Positions 1 through 12,960 of a stretch of DNA of 64,000 nt are shown piece after piece. Origin of the DNA: Octopus bimaculoides (Eukaryota); NCBI RefSeq assembly GCF_001194135.2, contig NC_068981.1, positions 148,083,695 to 148,147,694 on the forward strand, in the 5' to 3' direction. Position numbers and translations under genes: made by a program. Numbering within the stretch: position 1 is the stretch's first letter; each line of letters opens with the position of its first letter. Below the pieces are notes generated by a model. It was not told where the DNA came from and did not search any database. It worked only from the letters and a program-made list of their open reading frames with translations.

Positions 1-61
1 ATATATATATATACATTATATATATATATATATATATATATACATTATATATATATATATA

Positions 62-279
62 TGAGTGGGTGCTGAAAAGTTTCTGGATGTGGGTAAAAGT
101 AAATACAGAAGGATCATTTGATTATGATTTTATTCAACATATTCCATTCTCGGATTCACACACTTATTGCAGCTGTCCTTCAGTTTTTCTAAGCCCTGTA
201 AAAGAACTTGAAAGGTTGAGCCTCCAATCAGGCCTTTTGCAATAATCTTAAAGCCAGAAACTTTTTAGCACCCTCTTGT
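62..279 (-). mobile_element. Mariner-derived MITE in a TA microsatellite; other copies at 37437-37653 (+) and 32041-32196 (partial, +)
   Basis: Inverted ends GGGTGCTGAAAAGTTTCTGG ... CCAGAAACTTTTTAGCACCC with TA flanks. The internal part of the 37.5-kb copy translates LEKLKDHCNKCVNLRGEYVE*, resembling a mariner transposase C-terminus. Confidence 0.8.
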
Positions 280-3200
280 GTGTGTGTGTGTATTAGGAGT
301 ATGTTATGGTCTTCCCAACTTGTTGGATCCTGTCAAAGCGTCCAGCTCATGCCAACTTAGAAAGCTGATATCAAATAATGATGCATACACATACACATAA
401 TGGGTTTGCACATACTTTCTTTCTACCAAATTTTCCACACATTCTCACACTGACCAACACAAGACTACTTACTAGAAAAAATTACACAAAGTTCTGCATA
501 GTGGGATCAAATCCACATCTACTACTTCACCACAGGTCTATGCCGTTACTTATATCATGAATAAACCAAGAGTTCTTATACATATCACATTTCTGAAATA
601 TATTTCCTGTCACCATCTGTTTTTTTTTTTTGTGTAGCTATTCAAAGACTTGATATGTGGCACTTTTAGAAGGCCATATGTCCATTGTTACAGTTCTCAA
701 CACAAAAAAAAGTATAATTTTTTTTTTAAATGCTGTTTAATGAAGCTGTAATTATTTTATTTTAGCTTTTCTTAGAAAGTAATCTGATAATCTGAAGTTA
801 GGCTTAGTTAATACCTGAGAAATTTTTATTGCATAATATCAATTTCTTTTTAATGATTTATTAGGATGTTATTTTTCTTTTTGAGGAATTAATAGAAGTT
901 ATTTGATTTCTAAGTGCATCCTTTAAATGCACTTTTATCTCTCTTTCTCATAATTTTAGTAGTTGTAGGTTTACCCTAATTCATGATGCAGTTTAATCAA
1001 TTCAGACTGTTGCATGTTTGTGGTTTAATAGCAGGTGCATTAGTAAGTAAAGCTGTCAGTGTGAATTTCTGTGTATGGAGACAGCAGGTAAAGTAACATA
1101 GAATGTTGGTCAGGTGATATAATCCTAGGACAAGAATGTTGTTTTCAATGCTTCTGTGTTTTGTATTCATGGGAAGAATTTTTTTTATATCTGAATTGAT
1201 TATCATATTGTGAAAACCCTACTTTCTTATGGCAATAGATTGTTAATATATTAAGTTCATGAATCCACAGACACGAGGTGTCACAATTTTATCACAGATA
1301 TTATCATATATTATGTCTCTTTAATGGGTATCTTATTTTATCATGTTAATATGATGATGACGACTTACATAAGTAATTCCTATGAGGAAAGAGACTATAG
1401 AAAAGTTTTATACCTTTTCTTAGTGATATCTCACAGACAGAATACATCTTTACCGGTAGTCAAAATTAGGTCATGAACTCTTGCTAATGATGCTAATAAT
1501 TAGAGATGAATATTTATAAAAATTGTAATTAAATAGATTTCTAGCAGGTCTTTGTCTTGCATTTGAATGAATATGCTAAAGAGTTTTCAGCAATATAATC
1601 CAATTGCAAGCACTCCTGATTATCATAACAGAAGAAATATTGAAGAAATATTTAAAATATTCTCCTGAATGACACCCAATTTAACTCTCCGTCTCTTATA
1701 AATCTCAAACAGTGTGCTTGTGTAGAAAGTGAATAGCAACAACTTAATAACCTATTTTATCTTTTACTTGTTTTAGTCTCTAGACTGTGGCTATGCTGGA
1801 GCACTACCTTGGAGGGGTTAGTTGAACAAATTGATCCCAGTACTAATTTTTTAGTGTAGTAATTACTCTGACAGTCTCTCTTGTCGAACTGCTAAATTAC
1901 AGGAGTATAAACAAACCAACACTGATTGTCAAGCAGTGTACCAAACACATGGTACACATGCACATGGCGGGTTCCATAGTCTCTTTTGGCTTGTTTTCTA
2001 TTATTGGATGTCTTTCTTAATGCCAGTCACTTTACAGAGTGTACTGGGTGCTTTTTACATAGCACCAGCATCAGTTCTTTTTATGTGGCACCATCACCAC
2101 TGCTTTTTACATGGCAACATTAAAAAAAGCCACATCACAATTATATATCTAGGAGTACCCTAACTCTAAGTAAGGTCTGCTAAAAGATAGAAAGAAATGT
2201 CAAGCCTTGTCACAGACAAGGCTAGACAATTAATAGAAAGTATAATATGCTTTCTATTACTAGAAAGCAATATTATGAGGTATGCAGTACTAGATTACAT
2301 AGTACTAATAGAAAGTCGACCTGAATCAAATATATGTATGTGAGAGACATGAATATTGCTCCTGAAAACTTATACATTATCTTAAAAATGCTTGAACTAA
2401 ATAAGTGTAAAACATCCTAATATTATCATACAGATTGGTCAACTAACTGAGGTTGTCTAGGAGGATGGCCAATGTTGTAATTTAAGTGTTTTGTGTTTAT
2501 CTGGGTTAGGCAGAGAAGAAAATTAGAGATTTCTGGATGATGTAGCAACCTTTTGGAGTTATACTTAAGTACACATTTTAATTTACATGTAGCTTGTCAT
2601 GGCTAGGTTCACTGTATCAAGAGAGCCTCATAAAAAATGTTTGTATGGCATAATCTCAGATGAGACTATAAAATAGTTATTATTCACAAAAATCTAAAAT
2701 GTGTTTTAATTCTGAAGAAGTGAACTCTGATAGAGAATGATGATGGTTCTTTGATCATCTGTTGAAAAGGAGGTATTTCTTTTATGCATTATAAAAGATT
2801 TTCATACAAAAAAATGTCACCCAACCAGAGTTAAGGTGACCCAATTTAAAAGATGTGTAGGAGTGGGTGATTTAAGCTCCATCTGAATTAATTTCTTATG
2901 CAATTATTATGTCTCAGATTTATAGTTTATATTGTGTGATGTTAATAATATTTTCAATTTAAATGGAAACAAATGGCAGGGATTAAACCAGACTGTGAAC
3001 ATCAGTAATTAGTGGAACTCTCTACAACTCTTATATTATGAATTGAAAGTTACCTCTTTCATCCCTCAGGGTTCAATGAAATAAATACTAGTCAACTGCT
3101 CCCTTTTCCATTACGTGTTGCCTTGTGTCTCTGATGAAAATCTTTATTTCATGTTACCTTCATAGATAAAACTTCTTTTATTGGACTTAATGTTTCTGAA

Positions 3201-4061
3201 AACAAAATCACTCTTTCCTCATATTTGAAGAGTTTGTGTCAGGAAGAACATTTGTTTTAATGATTTATACTTTAATGAAGAATAAATGGGTCAATGCATG
3301 GTGGCCTCACAAGTGCAGGTGGTATGAAGAAAGTAGTCTGTACATGCTGTAAAGTGGTTGGTGTTAGGAAAGGCATCCAGTTGTAGAAACAAAGGCAAAG
3401 CTGATACTGTAGCAGAATGCAGTCCTTGGGCCCATCAGATCCTGTCAAACTGTCCAACCCCTGCCATATTTCGAAGATGGACATTAAATGATATGAGGTT
3501 GATCTTAGATCAAAACTAACTATGGCATTGGATAAAAATAACAGCAAGAACCATAGCGCATAATAAAAATGTCAGCACATTTGAAACTACTGGCCAAAAT
3601 AGGTAAAAATAGCAGTCAAGAAGCTTATTGCATAATAAAAATGAAATCACATTTTAAATAACTGATGTTACCAATTGTGATATGTAAAAATATAAATATT
3701 CATGTCACCAAGTTCATATTTCCAAGATATAGAATAGGTTATATTTTCACACAAAAATGTTTGCAAGGAAATTTACATGAAATAGAATATATCTTAAATG
3801 ATAATATTGAACAATTTGTGTGTGTATGAGTCATTGTTTATGAAAATAATATATTTGTTCAATTATTATGAAAGTGTGTGTGCATGTGCGTATCAGATGT
3901 ATATATTTGAGGGTTCGTAATTTCGTGTGGAGTGGATTTCTTAAGCAAATAAATATCCAATTTGGTTTGAGTGGACAGAAAGTGCTTATTTTATATTTAT
4001 AGAGAGAAAATTGACCGACTCAAGCTTTGTGAAACAAATGAACGTGTCCAAAAGTAACCAC

Positions 4062-4260
4062 CGGTTGTCAAGTGGTGGTGGGAACAGACACAAACACAGT
4101 GACACACACATATGACTGGCTTTGTTTAGTTTCCATCTACCAAACCCACTCACAAGACTTTGGTCACCCTGGTGTTATAGTAGAAGACATTTTCCCAAGG
4201 TTCCGCACAGTGTGACTGAACCCAGAACTATATGGTTGGGAAGCGAACTGCTTACCACAG
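4062..4260 (-). mobile_element. tRNA-headed SINE (family 1), head half, between two long direct repeats
   Basis: Reverse complement of the head and middle of the 48345-48726 copy. Confidence 0.8.
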
Positions 4261-4493
4261 TATGATGTGGATTTGTTAAGCAAATTTCCAATTCTGCTCA
4301 AACGGACAGTAACTGCTTATCTTTTACTTATAGAGAAAATGATGGATCAACTCAAGCTCTCTGAAACAAACAAACATGTCAAAAGTAAAGCCACTAACGC
4401 AGTCAAGTAATTTTTCTTACAAGTTTTCAGCTACATCTATGTAACAGGGTCGTGTAACCAGCAAAATTTAATATTAACTGAACTGATTTTTTT

Positions 4494-4533
<40 letters not shown>

Positions 4534-4829
4534 CCCAGTAAAATAATCCTTTGAACCTTTTGTTTAGAAACTGTCAACAAGTTGTCAAAATAATGACGGT
4601 CACTGATTGGATGGAAATAGTCAAGGTGGATCATCTGATCGTATATATTATTGAAAACATCAGTGAAGTGGAGTCAGTGAGTTGTGCAGCTACAATGCTA
4701 ATGTTTGAGCTTGAAGAAACCTATTTAAATTTGATTTTTACTACATAAGTCCTGAGTCATATGCTGCAAGTGAACATTGCAGCATATGTTCACTTGCAGT
4801 AGACATTTGATGATTATTGTTGTTACTAT

Positions 4830-5043
4830 ATTAGCCATTTTGTTACATATTTCTTTTGAAATACACTAAACTGTTTGAATTATTTTTTTAGAGAATGAAG
4901 AAATTAATAAAATAGCTTTGTTATTATCAAATTTGTGTTTGGAACATAGACTAACAAGAAATTTTAATGGACGATTTTAATTTAAATCAGTTTAAAATAG
5001 GAAATTTGTGTGATAAAAGTAGGATTTATATCAAAAGGGTTAA
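4830..5043. mobile_element. piggyBac-like MITE (family A); better-preserved copy at 40623-40852
   Basis: Ends ...ATATCAAAAGGGTTAA, and the internal sequence is the reverse complement of the 40.6-kb copy. Confidence 0.6.
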
Positions 5044-5398
5044 ACAATCTTTAGAGCATAGACTGGTAGAATTATTACACCATTGGAGAAAAATCGTAGT
5101 CTTTAGTTCTTTCTCTTTAATGTTCTAAGTTCAAATCTTGCTGAGGCCAACTTTATTTAGTGTGATAAAAATAAGTAGCAATCAAGTACCGGAGTCAATA
5201 TAATCAACTATTCTATCCATCAGTATTAGGGGCCCTGTTCATCATCATTATACATCCGTTTTCCATGCTCTCATGGCTTGGACAGCTTGACAGGATCTGG
5301 TAAAACCAAGGGTCACACGAGGTTCTGTAGTATGTTTTGGCTTGGTTTCTATGGCTTGATGCCCTTCCTAACATCAACCACTTTATAGAATGTACTGG

Positions 5399-5694
5399 GT
5401 GCTTTTTACATGGCACCAGCACCAGGTGCATTTTACATGGCACCAAGTGCATTTTACATGGCACCGGCACCAAATACTTTTTACATGGCACCGGCATCAA
5501 ATGCTTTTTACATGGCACCGGCACCAAATGCTTTTTACATGGCACCGGCACCAAATGCTTTTTACATGGCACCGGCACCAAATGCTTTTTACATGGCACC
5601 GGCACCAAATGCTTTTTACATGGCACCGGCACCAAATGCTTTTTACATGGCACCGGCACCAAATATTTTTTACATGGCACCAGCCCCAATGCTT
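5399..5694. repeat. 27-bp minisatellite (about 11 units of ATGCTTTTTACATGGCACCGGCACCAA) inside an RTE 3'UTR-type repeat
   Basis: Units counted directly; one is shortened to 21 bp. It explains the spurious repetitive ORFs in several frames (APNAFYMAP, KKHLVPVPC). Confidence 0.95.
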
Positions 5695-7339
5695 CTTTTG
5701 TGACACCAGCATCCACACCTATGCTTTTTATGTGGTACCTTGGTTTTAGTATCCACTGCTTTTTAGATCATGTTATAGAAACTTGATAAGAATAATATTT
5801 TTTTCTTTAATTATTTAAAAAAATAAAAGTACTTTTATGAAGAAAATTCACTTTTTCCTTTTTGTCAGAACCAAATTGTTCCTTTATTTTAACTCCTTGA
5901 AGGCTTTCTTTCTAAGCTGTCTCCAAGTCGTTCAAATTTTTTTGTGATTTTTTTTTTTTCCCCTGAGGACATTTGCCAGGTTAATTAGCTCAAATTACAC
6001 TGAACTAGTCACAGATATTCACAAAAACCTAATCAACATCAGGTTTTATATGTAATTAACTTTGTTTCAAATCACTTTGTTCAATTTATTTACTTTAATT
6101 TGGAAATTATTATCAAACTTTTAATCACCACATTTATTTTACTCAACAAACTTCATAATCTCTCTCTCTGATTTTACTGTTGGTGAATAAATAGTTCAGT
6201 TCATTACTGATAAACGAAATCTATATTAAATTTTTAACCAATCCTAGCACATTGTTAAAAGTGATAGTAGTTTACATTGCCCAAGAAATGTTTTATCACT
6301 TTTATCTGAAGAAAAATTTCCTTTTTGTTTGGGGTGGTAGTATTGCTAGAATTTCCTTCCACCCCACCCAGTAACATTTTATAAGCTGGGTTGAATGTTT
6401 TAGGTATTTCAGATAAATGGGATATCTGAATGAATTATCAGGTGTATAGTGTTTCATTGTCAATATACTAATACAAGCACTCCACTTAACCTGCTTTCTG
6501 TAGTAGGGTCACTTGAAGTAGTCTGGGGTGTTGACAAAATATGTTTAGAAAGGAGACTTTGTTTTGTCAGCAGTCATCATCATGATCATTTAACATCCAC
6601 TTTCCATGCTGGCATGAGTTGAATGGTTTGACAGGAGCTTGCTAGGCAGAAGACTGCACAGTTCCTCTCTGTTTTGGCATGATTTTTACAACTGGATTCC
6701 CTTCCTAACACCAACCACTCCACAGAGTCAACTGAGTGCTTTTTACATGGCACCAGACAGGTGGGGTCAATTTCAGCATAGGTCATGTAAGTGGCTCATG
6801 TGAACTGTTAAGTCCATGCATGAGTGTTTCAGACTCAGTCCAGGTTATGTAAACATCTAATATAACATCAAATTTGATGCTAGATGTTCATTATAATTCT
6901 GTGTTTATCTTTTGCTCTTTGACATCATTGTTTGAGCCAACAATTAGGCCTGCACTTGTCATATGGACCTGTGAGAAATAGATAAATCTGTAAATCATAT
7001 TTTATTTTCTTCAAAAAAGGAAATATACATGCATTGGCACTTGTGTGGTTGGGAAACGTTTCCCAACCATGTAATTTTGGTTTCAGTCCCTCTGTTTGGA
7101 ACCATGAGCAATTGTCTTCTACTATAATCCCATGCTGAACAAAGCCTCATGAGTGGATTTGTTAGAAGGAAGCTGAAAGAAGCCCATTGTATGTGTGTGT
7201 GTGTGTGTTTGGGTTGGTTTCCCATCACCACATGATAATCAGTGTTGGTCTGTTTATGTTCTTGTAATGCAGCAGATCAGAGAAAGAGACTGATGACACA
7301 CCAGGCTTTAAAAAAATGTACTGGGGTTGATTTGTTTGA

Positions 7340-7805
7340 ATGCAGCCGTGGCTGATACCAGTATCGCATAACCAGTCAATTCAAAAGTACCCTTGAATCG
7401 TTGGACGATACACTGTGCTTCAGAAGGCCTGTTGAGTCAAGTGGAATCATAGTTGTGGCCGATGCCAGTGCTGCCTGACGAGCACCTGTACTGGTGGCTT
7501 GTAATAAGCACCATTCAAGTGTGGATTGATTCAAGTGTCACCTGACTGGCTCCCTGCACTGGTTGCATATATAAAGCACCATCCGAATGTGGTCGATGTC
7601 AGTGCTACCTGACTGGCTCCCATGCCGGTGGTACGTAAAAAGCACTCACTACACTCTGAGTGGTTGGCATTAGGAAGGGCATCCAGCTGTAGAAACCTTG
7701 CTAGATCAGAGTGGAACCTGGTGTAGCCTCCTGGCTTACCAGTCCTCAGTCAAACCGTTCAACCCATGACAGCATGGAAAACGGACGTTAAACGATGATG
7801 ATGAA
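7340..7805 (+). mobile_element. GAT-tailed repeat (inferred RTE LINE 3'UTR) with internally duplicated GTGC..CCTGACTGGCTCC modules
   Basis: Ends CATGGAAAACGGACGTTAAACGATGATGATG, the same as 17249-17571. Confidence 0.75.
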
Positions 7806-8290
7806 TCTTTCAAAGTGGTGCCCCTGCATTGACCACAGTCCAATGATTAAAACTAGTAAAAGATAGGATATGTACTTAAAAAAGGCCAGATGGTTATGGC
7901 TGGAACATTTTTGATTATAGGTATGTTCACTCCAGGTTGACCTCACTAAACAATAACAAACAGTGAGGCCATAATAATGGTGGAATATTATGACTGATGT
8001 CATAACAATAACAATAAGTGTTTTTAAAACCACTTTAAGTAAGTAGCATGGCCCTTATTACATAAATGTGATGAACATATTTTAGGATTTCCAATCAATT
8101 GCAACTGGAAAGTAAACTTTCCTCAGTATTCAGACATACTGTTTGGTAAGAAGCTTGCTTCCCAGCTACATGGTTCTGGGTTCAGTCTTACTGCATAGCA
8201 CCTTGGGCAAGTGTCTTCTATTATAGCCTTGGACCGATCAGAGCCCTGTGAGTGGATTTGGTAGACAGAAACTGAGAGAGGCCCATTGTG

Positions 8291-8336
<46 letters not shown>

Positions 8337-8921
8337 NNNNNNNNNNNNNNNNNNNNNNNNNNNNNNNNNNNNNNNNNNNNNNNNNNNNNNNNNNNNNNNN
8401 NNNNNNNNNNNNNNNNNNNNNNNNNNNNNNNNNNNNNNNNNNNNNNNNNNNNNNNNNNNNNNNNNNNNNNNNNNNNNNNNNNNNNNNNNNNNNNNNNNNN
8501 NNNNNNNNNNNNNNNNNNNNNNNNNNNNNNNNNNNNNNNNNNNNNNNNNNNNNNNNNNNNNNNNNNNNNNNNNNNNNNNNNNNNNNNNNNNNNNNNNNNN
8601 NNNNNNNNNNNNNNNNNNNNNNNNNNNNNNNNNNNNNNNNNNNNNNNNNNNNNNNNNNNNNNNNNNNNNNNNNNNNNNNNNNNNNNNNNNNNNNNNNNNN
8701 NNNNNNNNNNNNNNNNNNNNNNNNNNNNNNNNNNNNNNNNNNNNNNNNNNNNNNNNNNNNNNNNNNNNNNNNNNNNNNNNNNNNNNNNNNNNNNNNNNNN
8801 NNNNNNNNNNNNNNNNNNNNNNNNNNNNNNNNNNNNNNNNNNNNNNNNNNNNNNNNNNNNNNNNNNNNNNNNNNNNNNNNNNNNNNNNNNNNNNNNNNNN
8901 NNNNNNNNNNNNNNNNNNNNN
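8337..8921. other. Assembly gap (others at 16323-16422, 20364-20424, 24135-24144, 46876-47141, 49318-50114, 55850-56682)
   Basis: Runs of N. Confidence 1.
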
Positions 8922-10496
8922 CACACACACACACACACACGCACACGCACACGCACACGCACACGCACACGCACACGCACACGCACACTATGGATATAGG
9001 GTAAAGAATTATCAATTTATTAATAATTTTACCAAGTAGTTCGGTATGGGAAAAAACAAACCATTATATTGTATGTATATATGTATTCTTTTACTTGAAT
9101 CAGTCATTTGACTGCTGCCATGCTGGAGCACCACCTTTAGTCGAACAAATTGACCCCAAGACTTATTCTTTGTAAGCCTAATACTCATTCTATCGGTCCG
9201 TTTTGCCGAATTAAGTCACGGGGATGTAAACACACCAACATCGGTTGCCAAGCGATGGTGGGGGAACAAGGACAGACACACAAATACATATATATATATA
9301 TGTTTATATATTTTATCTTTTCTCTTTTATTTGTTTCTCATTAGACTCTGGCCATGCTGGGGTACCACCTTGAAGGGCTTTTAGTTGAAGGAATCCCCTC
9401 CAGTACTTATTTTTTTTTTTTGTATGTTTGGTACTTATATTATCAGTCTCATTTGTCAAACCACTAAGAAAGCTCTATATGGTTGCCTGGCCTTCTAGAA
9501 ATAACAGCTAAATCTCTCTCAATTCTCATGCAGTCATCTTAAGAAGGAAAAACATATTGGATAATATTGTTCTAGATATACTATTTGAGTAAGTTGTGGT
9601 AGTCACAACTGGACTGCCTAATCATAGGCCTACTCGAAGCTGTTCTTGGGTCAAAACAACAACCATGTGTTTTACTAATGAAGCTAAAACATTTAGGATG
9701 CAGTTATAAAATATTTCCTGATTTTCTCTGCATTTAGCTTATATAATTTAATTTTTATTTCTTTGTCATTTACATTAAATGTATTTCCTGTCTGAAGACC
9801 TTGTAATTTATTGTATTATTGCTAAAACATTACAGACACTGGCAATGAACAACCTTGTTCATATGACAATGAAGCTCACTCACAGCCATCATTTGATGTC
9901 TAGACAAGGGTTTACACACATATGTGCAGCCCCCCCCCCCACACACACCATAGGCTTCTTTCCAGTTTCCATCTACCAAATTTTTCCACAAGGCTTTGGT
10001 GAGCCTGTGACTATAGTAGAGGATGCATGCCCAAGGTGCCATGCTGTGTGACTGAGCCCAAGACCACATAGTTGAGAAGCAACCCCTACCTCTTGTTTTA
10101 TGTAGCCCCGGGTCAGCCTTGATTGAACAAACCCTTAATCAAAGGAATTTCAGCTGTGACTATCTCATTTTTGTATATGTATATAGGACTACATTATCTA
10201 ATGTGTCTTTTTCTTATTTAAAACAGTAGTATGTGATTTAAGGGAGATCTAGTTGCTTTTTCTAACAAACCAAGCTTTCATGTAAAGGCTTCTTCTTGAA
10301 GCTTATAGTGTATTCAGCCAGTGAGTTTTTGAGAATCAACTAAATTCATCTTTGCATTTACTCTGGAAATTTCTGGAACAAACAATATGTTGATGAAAAA
10401 GTCAGTTGAATTGGTACTTTACTATATCTTTGTGTTCAGCTCCCTAGAAGATTAGTCTTCTTTCATCCTTTTGAACTCCTCATCATCAGTGTTTCA

Positions 10497-10716
10497 TCTT
10501 TAAGCATTCAGTTTATTCTGTCTAATGTAATGCGTATTCATTCACATTGATTTGAATTAATTATACATTATCTCGTGGCTTTGAGATTTCAATAATGTAA
10601 ATGTTTTTGATCGACATTGTTGGGTAGATGTGAGAGGTAAGATCTGGTCAGTTTGAACATAAAACAAATAGAAAACTTTGGACTGGGCATGGCCGATTTA
10701 AATGCTAAAGGGTTAA
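10497..10716. mobile_element. piggyBac-like MITE (family B); second copy at 21229-21454
   Basis: Right end ATGCTAAAGGGTTAA. The 21.2-kb copy starts TTAACCCTTTAGCAT and ends GCTAATGTGTTAA (TTAA target, CCC/GGG termini). The interiors are alignable. Confidence 0.65.
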
Positions 10717-11099
10717 TGTTTACTTTTCCATGCTTGCATGGTCAGGCAGAATTTGTTGAGGCAGATTTTCTATGGCTGGATGCCCTTCCTGTCACCAACT
10801 TGTCACTTGCTTCCAAGCAAGGTAATATTTTGACATAATTAGACATGTTTTATATGGAAGACTGGAAGCAATCAATCTCACGTCTTATGATGATGATCAT
10901 CATCATCTATAATCAGTTCATGTGTTGACAAACATACCCACAAACACATACAACAGGCTTTCTTTCATTTTCTGAAACCCATTCTCAAAGTTTTGGTTGA
11001 CCTGGGACTATAGTATAAGACACTTGCCCAAGGCATCATGCAGTGGGACTGCATCCAAGACCATATGGTTGGGAAGCAAGCTTCTTTACCACTGAGCTA

Positions 11100-11410
11100 T
11101 GGCACTGACACTCCATCAGTTACAATGATGAAGGTTCCAGTTGGTCTGATCAATGGTACAGCCTGCTCATAAAATTAATGTGTGAGTGGCTGAGCACTCT
11201 ACAGACATGCATACCCTTAATGTAGTTCTCAGGAAGATTCTGTGTGACACAGAATTTGACAAGGCTGGCCCATTGAAATACAGGTACTTACTCATTTGTG
11301 CCATTTTGAAGCAACGTGAAATAAAGTGTCTTACCCTAGGACACAACACATCGCCCAGAATTGAACTGATGACCTTGCAATCATCAGCTGAATATCCTAA
11401 CCACTAAGCC
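11100..11410 (-). mobile_element. Diverged, internally deleted copy of SINE family 4
   Basis: Shares GGTTCCAGTTG.TCTGATCAA.GG.ACAGCCTGCT...GTGGCTGAGCACT with 34689-35074. Confidence 0.75.
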
Positions 11411-11895
11411 ACTCAATTTCACATATCATTATCATCGTTTAACGTCCGCTTTCCATGCTGGCATGGGTTGTTGCACCTATTTAAAAAAAGTCAAAAAATC
11501 TCTAAAAATGAAGCTGTGAATTTATTTAATGTTTTAGTTTGATTAGTTTTCAGGGTGCTTGTTAGATTATAAACCACAGAAGCATTTGTTTTTTTATACA
11601 CCGTTTTTTAAATTTTTTATATAGAATGTCTGCATAGCTCTGTTTCCTAATACATTTTGTTGGTTGGGCCTTTGTTGCTCCAAAATAGTAATTCATAAAT
11701 ATAGCAACCAGGCTTAATTTTGTTTTAGAAATCATCTATAATTACTGTTTTCCTTGTCTGTTTAATTAATCTTATTGTAAAATAAACAAGTTAGATCCGT
11801 TTGCTTTTCAATATTATTTTACATTGGGATAATTTACTCATTAGATCATGACTTTGTAAAGCTTGATGCATTAAAACATGCCTCCACCCTCACCT

Positions 11896-12213
11896 CCTGA
11901 GGTGCTCCACAGTCTGGTTCAGTTCCAATATGTGGTGCCTTCAGCAAGTGTCTTTCACTATAGCCCCAGGTTAACCAATGCTTTGTGAGTGAATTTGGTT
12001 GATGGAAACTGTGTGAAAGCCTGTCATATGTTTGTGTTCATGTTTGTTCTCCCATTGCTTGACAGCTGGTGTTGGTCTTTTTTTTTTCTCTGTAACTTGG
12101 TGGTTTACCAAAAGCAACCAATAGAATAAGTACTGAGGTCAATTGGGTTGACTAAACCCTTCAAGGTGTTGCCCCAGTATAGCCACAGTCAAATGACTGA
12201 AAGAAGTAAAAAG
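11896..12213 (+). mobile_element. 5'-eroded SINE family 1 copy between two ~155-bp direct repeats
   Basis: Has GGTTCAGTTCC, CTATAGCCCCAGG, ATAGAATAAGTACT and the CAGTCAAATGACTGAAAGAAGTAAAAAG tail. Confidence 0.8.
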
Positions 12214-12759
12214 TATAATTACTGTTCTTCATGCCTGTATTGTAAAATAAGATTAATTCCAGATCTGCATGTTTTTTTCAATATTATATTATAATGGGGT
12301 TAATTTACTCATTAGATTGTGATTGTAATTAGCTTGTCTCATTTAAATCTGTATCCATCCTCTTCTCACATACACACACTAACATCTTTAACTCTGTCTT
12401 TGATATGAGAATCTTGGGGCAAAAGTGCCAACCAATGACCTTTAATTAATATTAAGCAACCTAGATTAGAAACTCTTAAATAGGTAACTAAATGGTTGTT
12501 TGAACTTCTAATAATCCTTTCTGCTATAAGCACAAGGCCTGAAATTTTGGGAGAGCAGAGTAATCGATAATGTTGACCCTAGTGCTCAACTTATACTTAT
12601 TTTATCAACCCTGAAAGGATGAAAGACAAAGTTGACCTGAATTATCAAGATTGATGAAATGCTGCTAAGCAGATGAGCAATGCCCGAGATGGGGGAGTTG
12701 ATTATAACTGGAATGATTTTGATTATAAGTCTCTTCATTGGCTGTCTTGCGACTAAACA

Positions 12760-12960
12760 TCATCATCTTTGTTGTAGTATGTGTTGAGTTACATCGCTGA
12801 TTACTCTGTTAATGCAAGTTATTTAATTTGCATTAGTCACCTCTCTTGTCACTTTTAACCTTTTTCATTTCCACACTGATGACACTACTCTTCTCCATCA
12901 CTTTCCACACACTATTTCATCCACTTGCAACCTCCAATACCTTTAATGTGGTCTGCACAT
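12760..12960 (+). pseudogene. Possible very decayed CR1/L2-type reverse transcriptase fragment
   Basis: TTCCACACTGATGACACTACTCTT reads FHTDDTTL, resembling the RT F/YADDTTL motif. The flanks are disrupted. Confidence 0.3.

Noticed and set aside
4334-4387. ATG ATG GAT...CAT GTC AAA AGT AAA (MMDQLKLSETNKHVKSK) as par-6 exon 1
   Set aside because: VKSK is followed by GCCACT, which is not a GT donor or a credible GC donor. It lies in a duplicated flank whose other copy lacks the motif.
5399-5694. CRISPR-like array
   Set aside because: The units are head-to-tail with no unique spacers, in a eukaryotic context.
5213-5786. Repetitive 97-167 aa ORFs on both strands
   Set aside because: They are translations of a 27-bp minisatellite, open in many frames.
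8123-9039. Long ORFs here and at 46419-47532, 49186-50223 and 55728-56759
   Set aside because: They are artefacts of N gaps and dinucleotide repeats.
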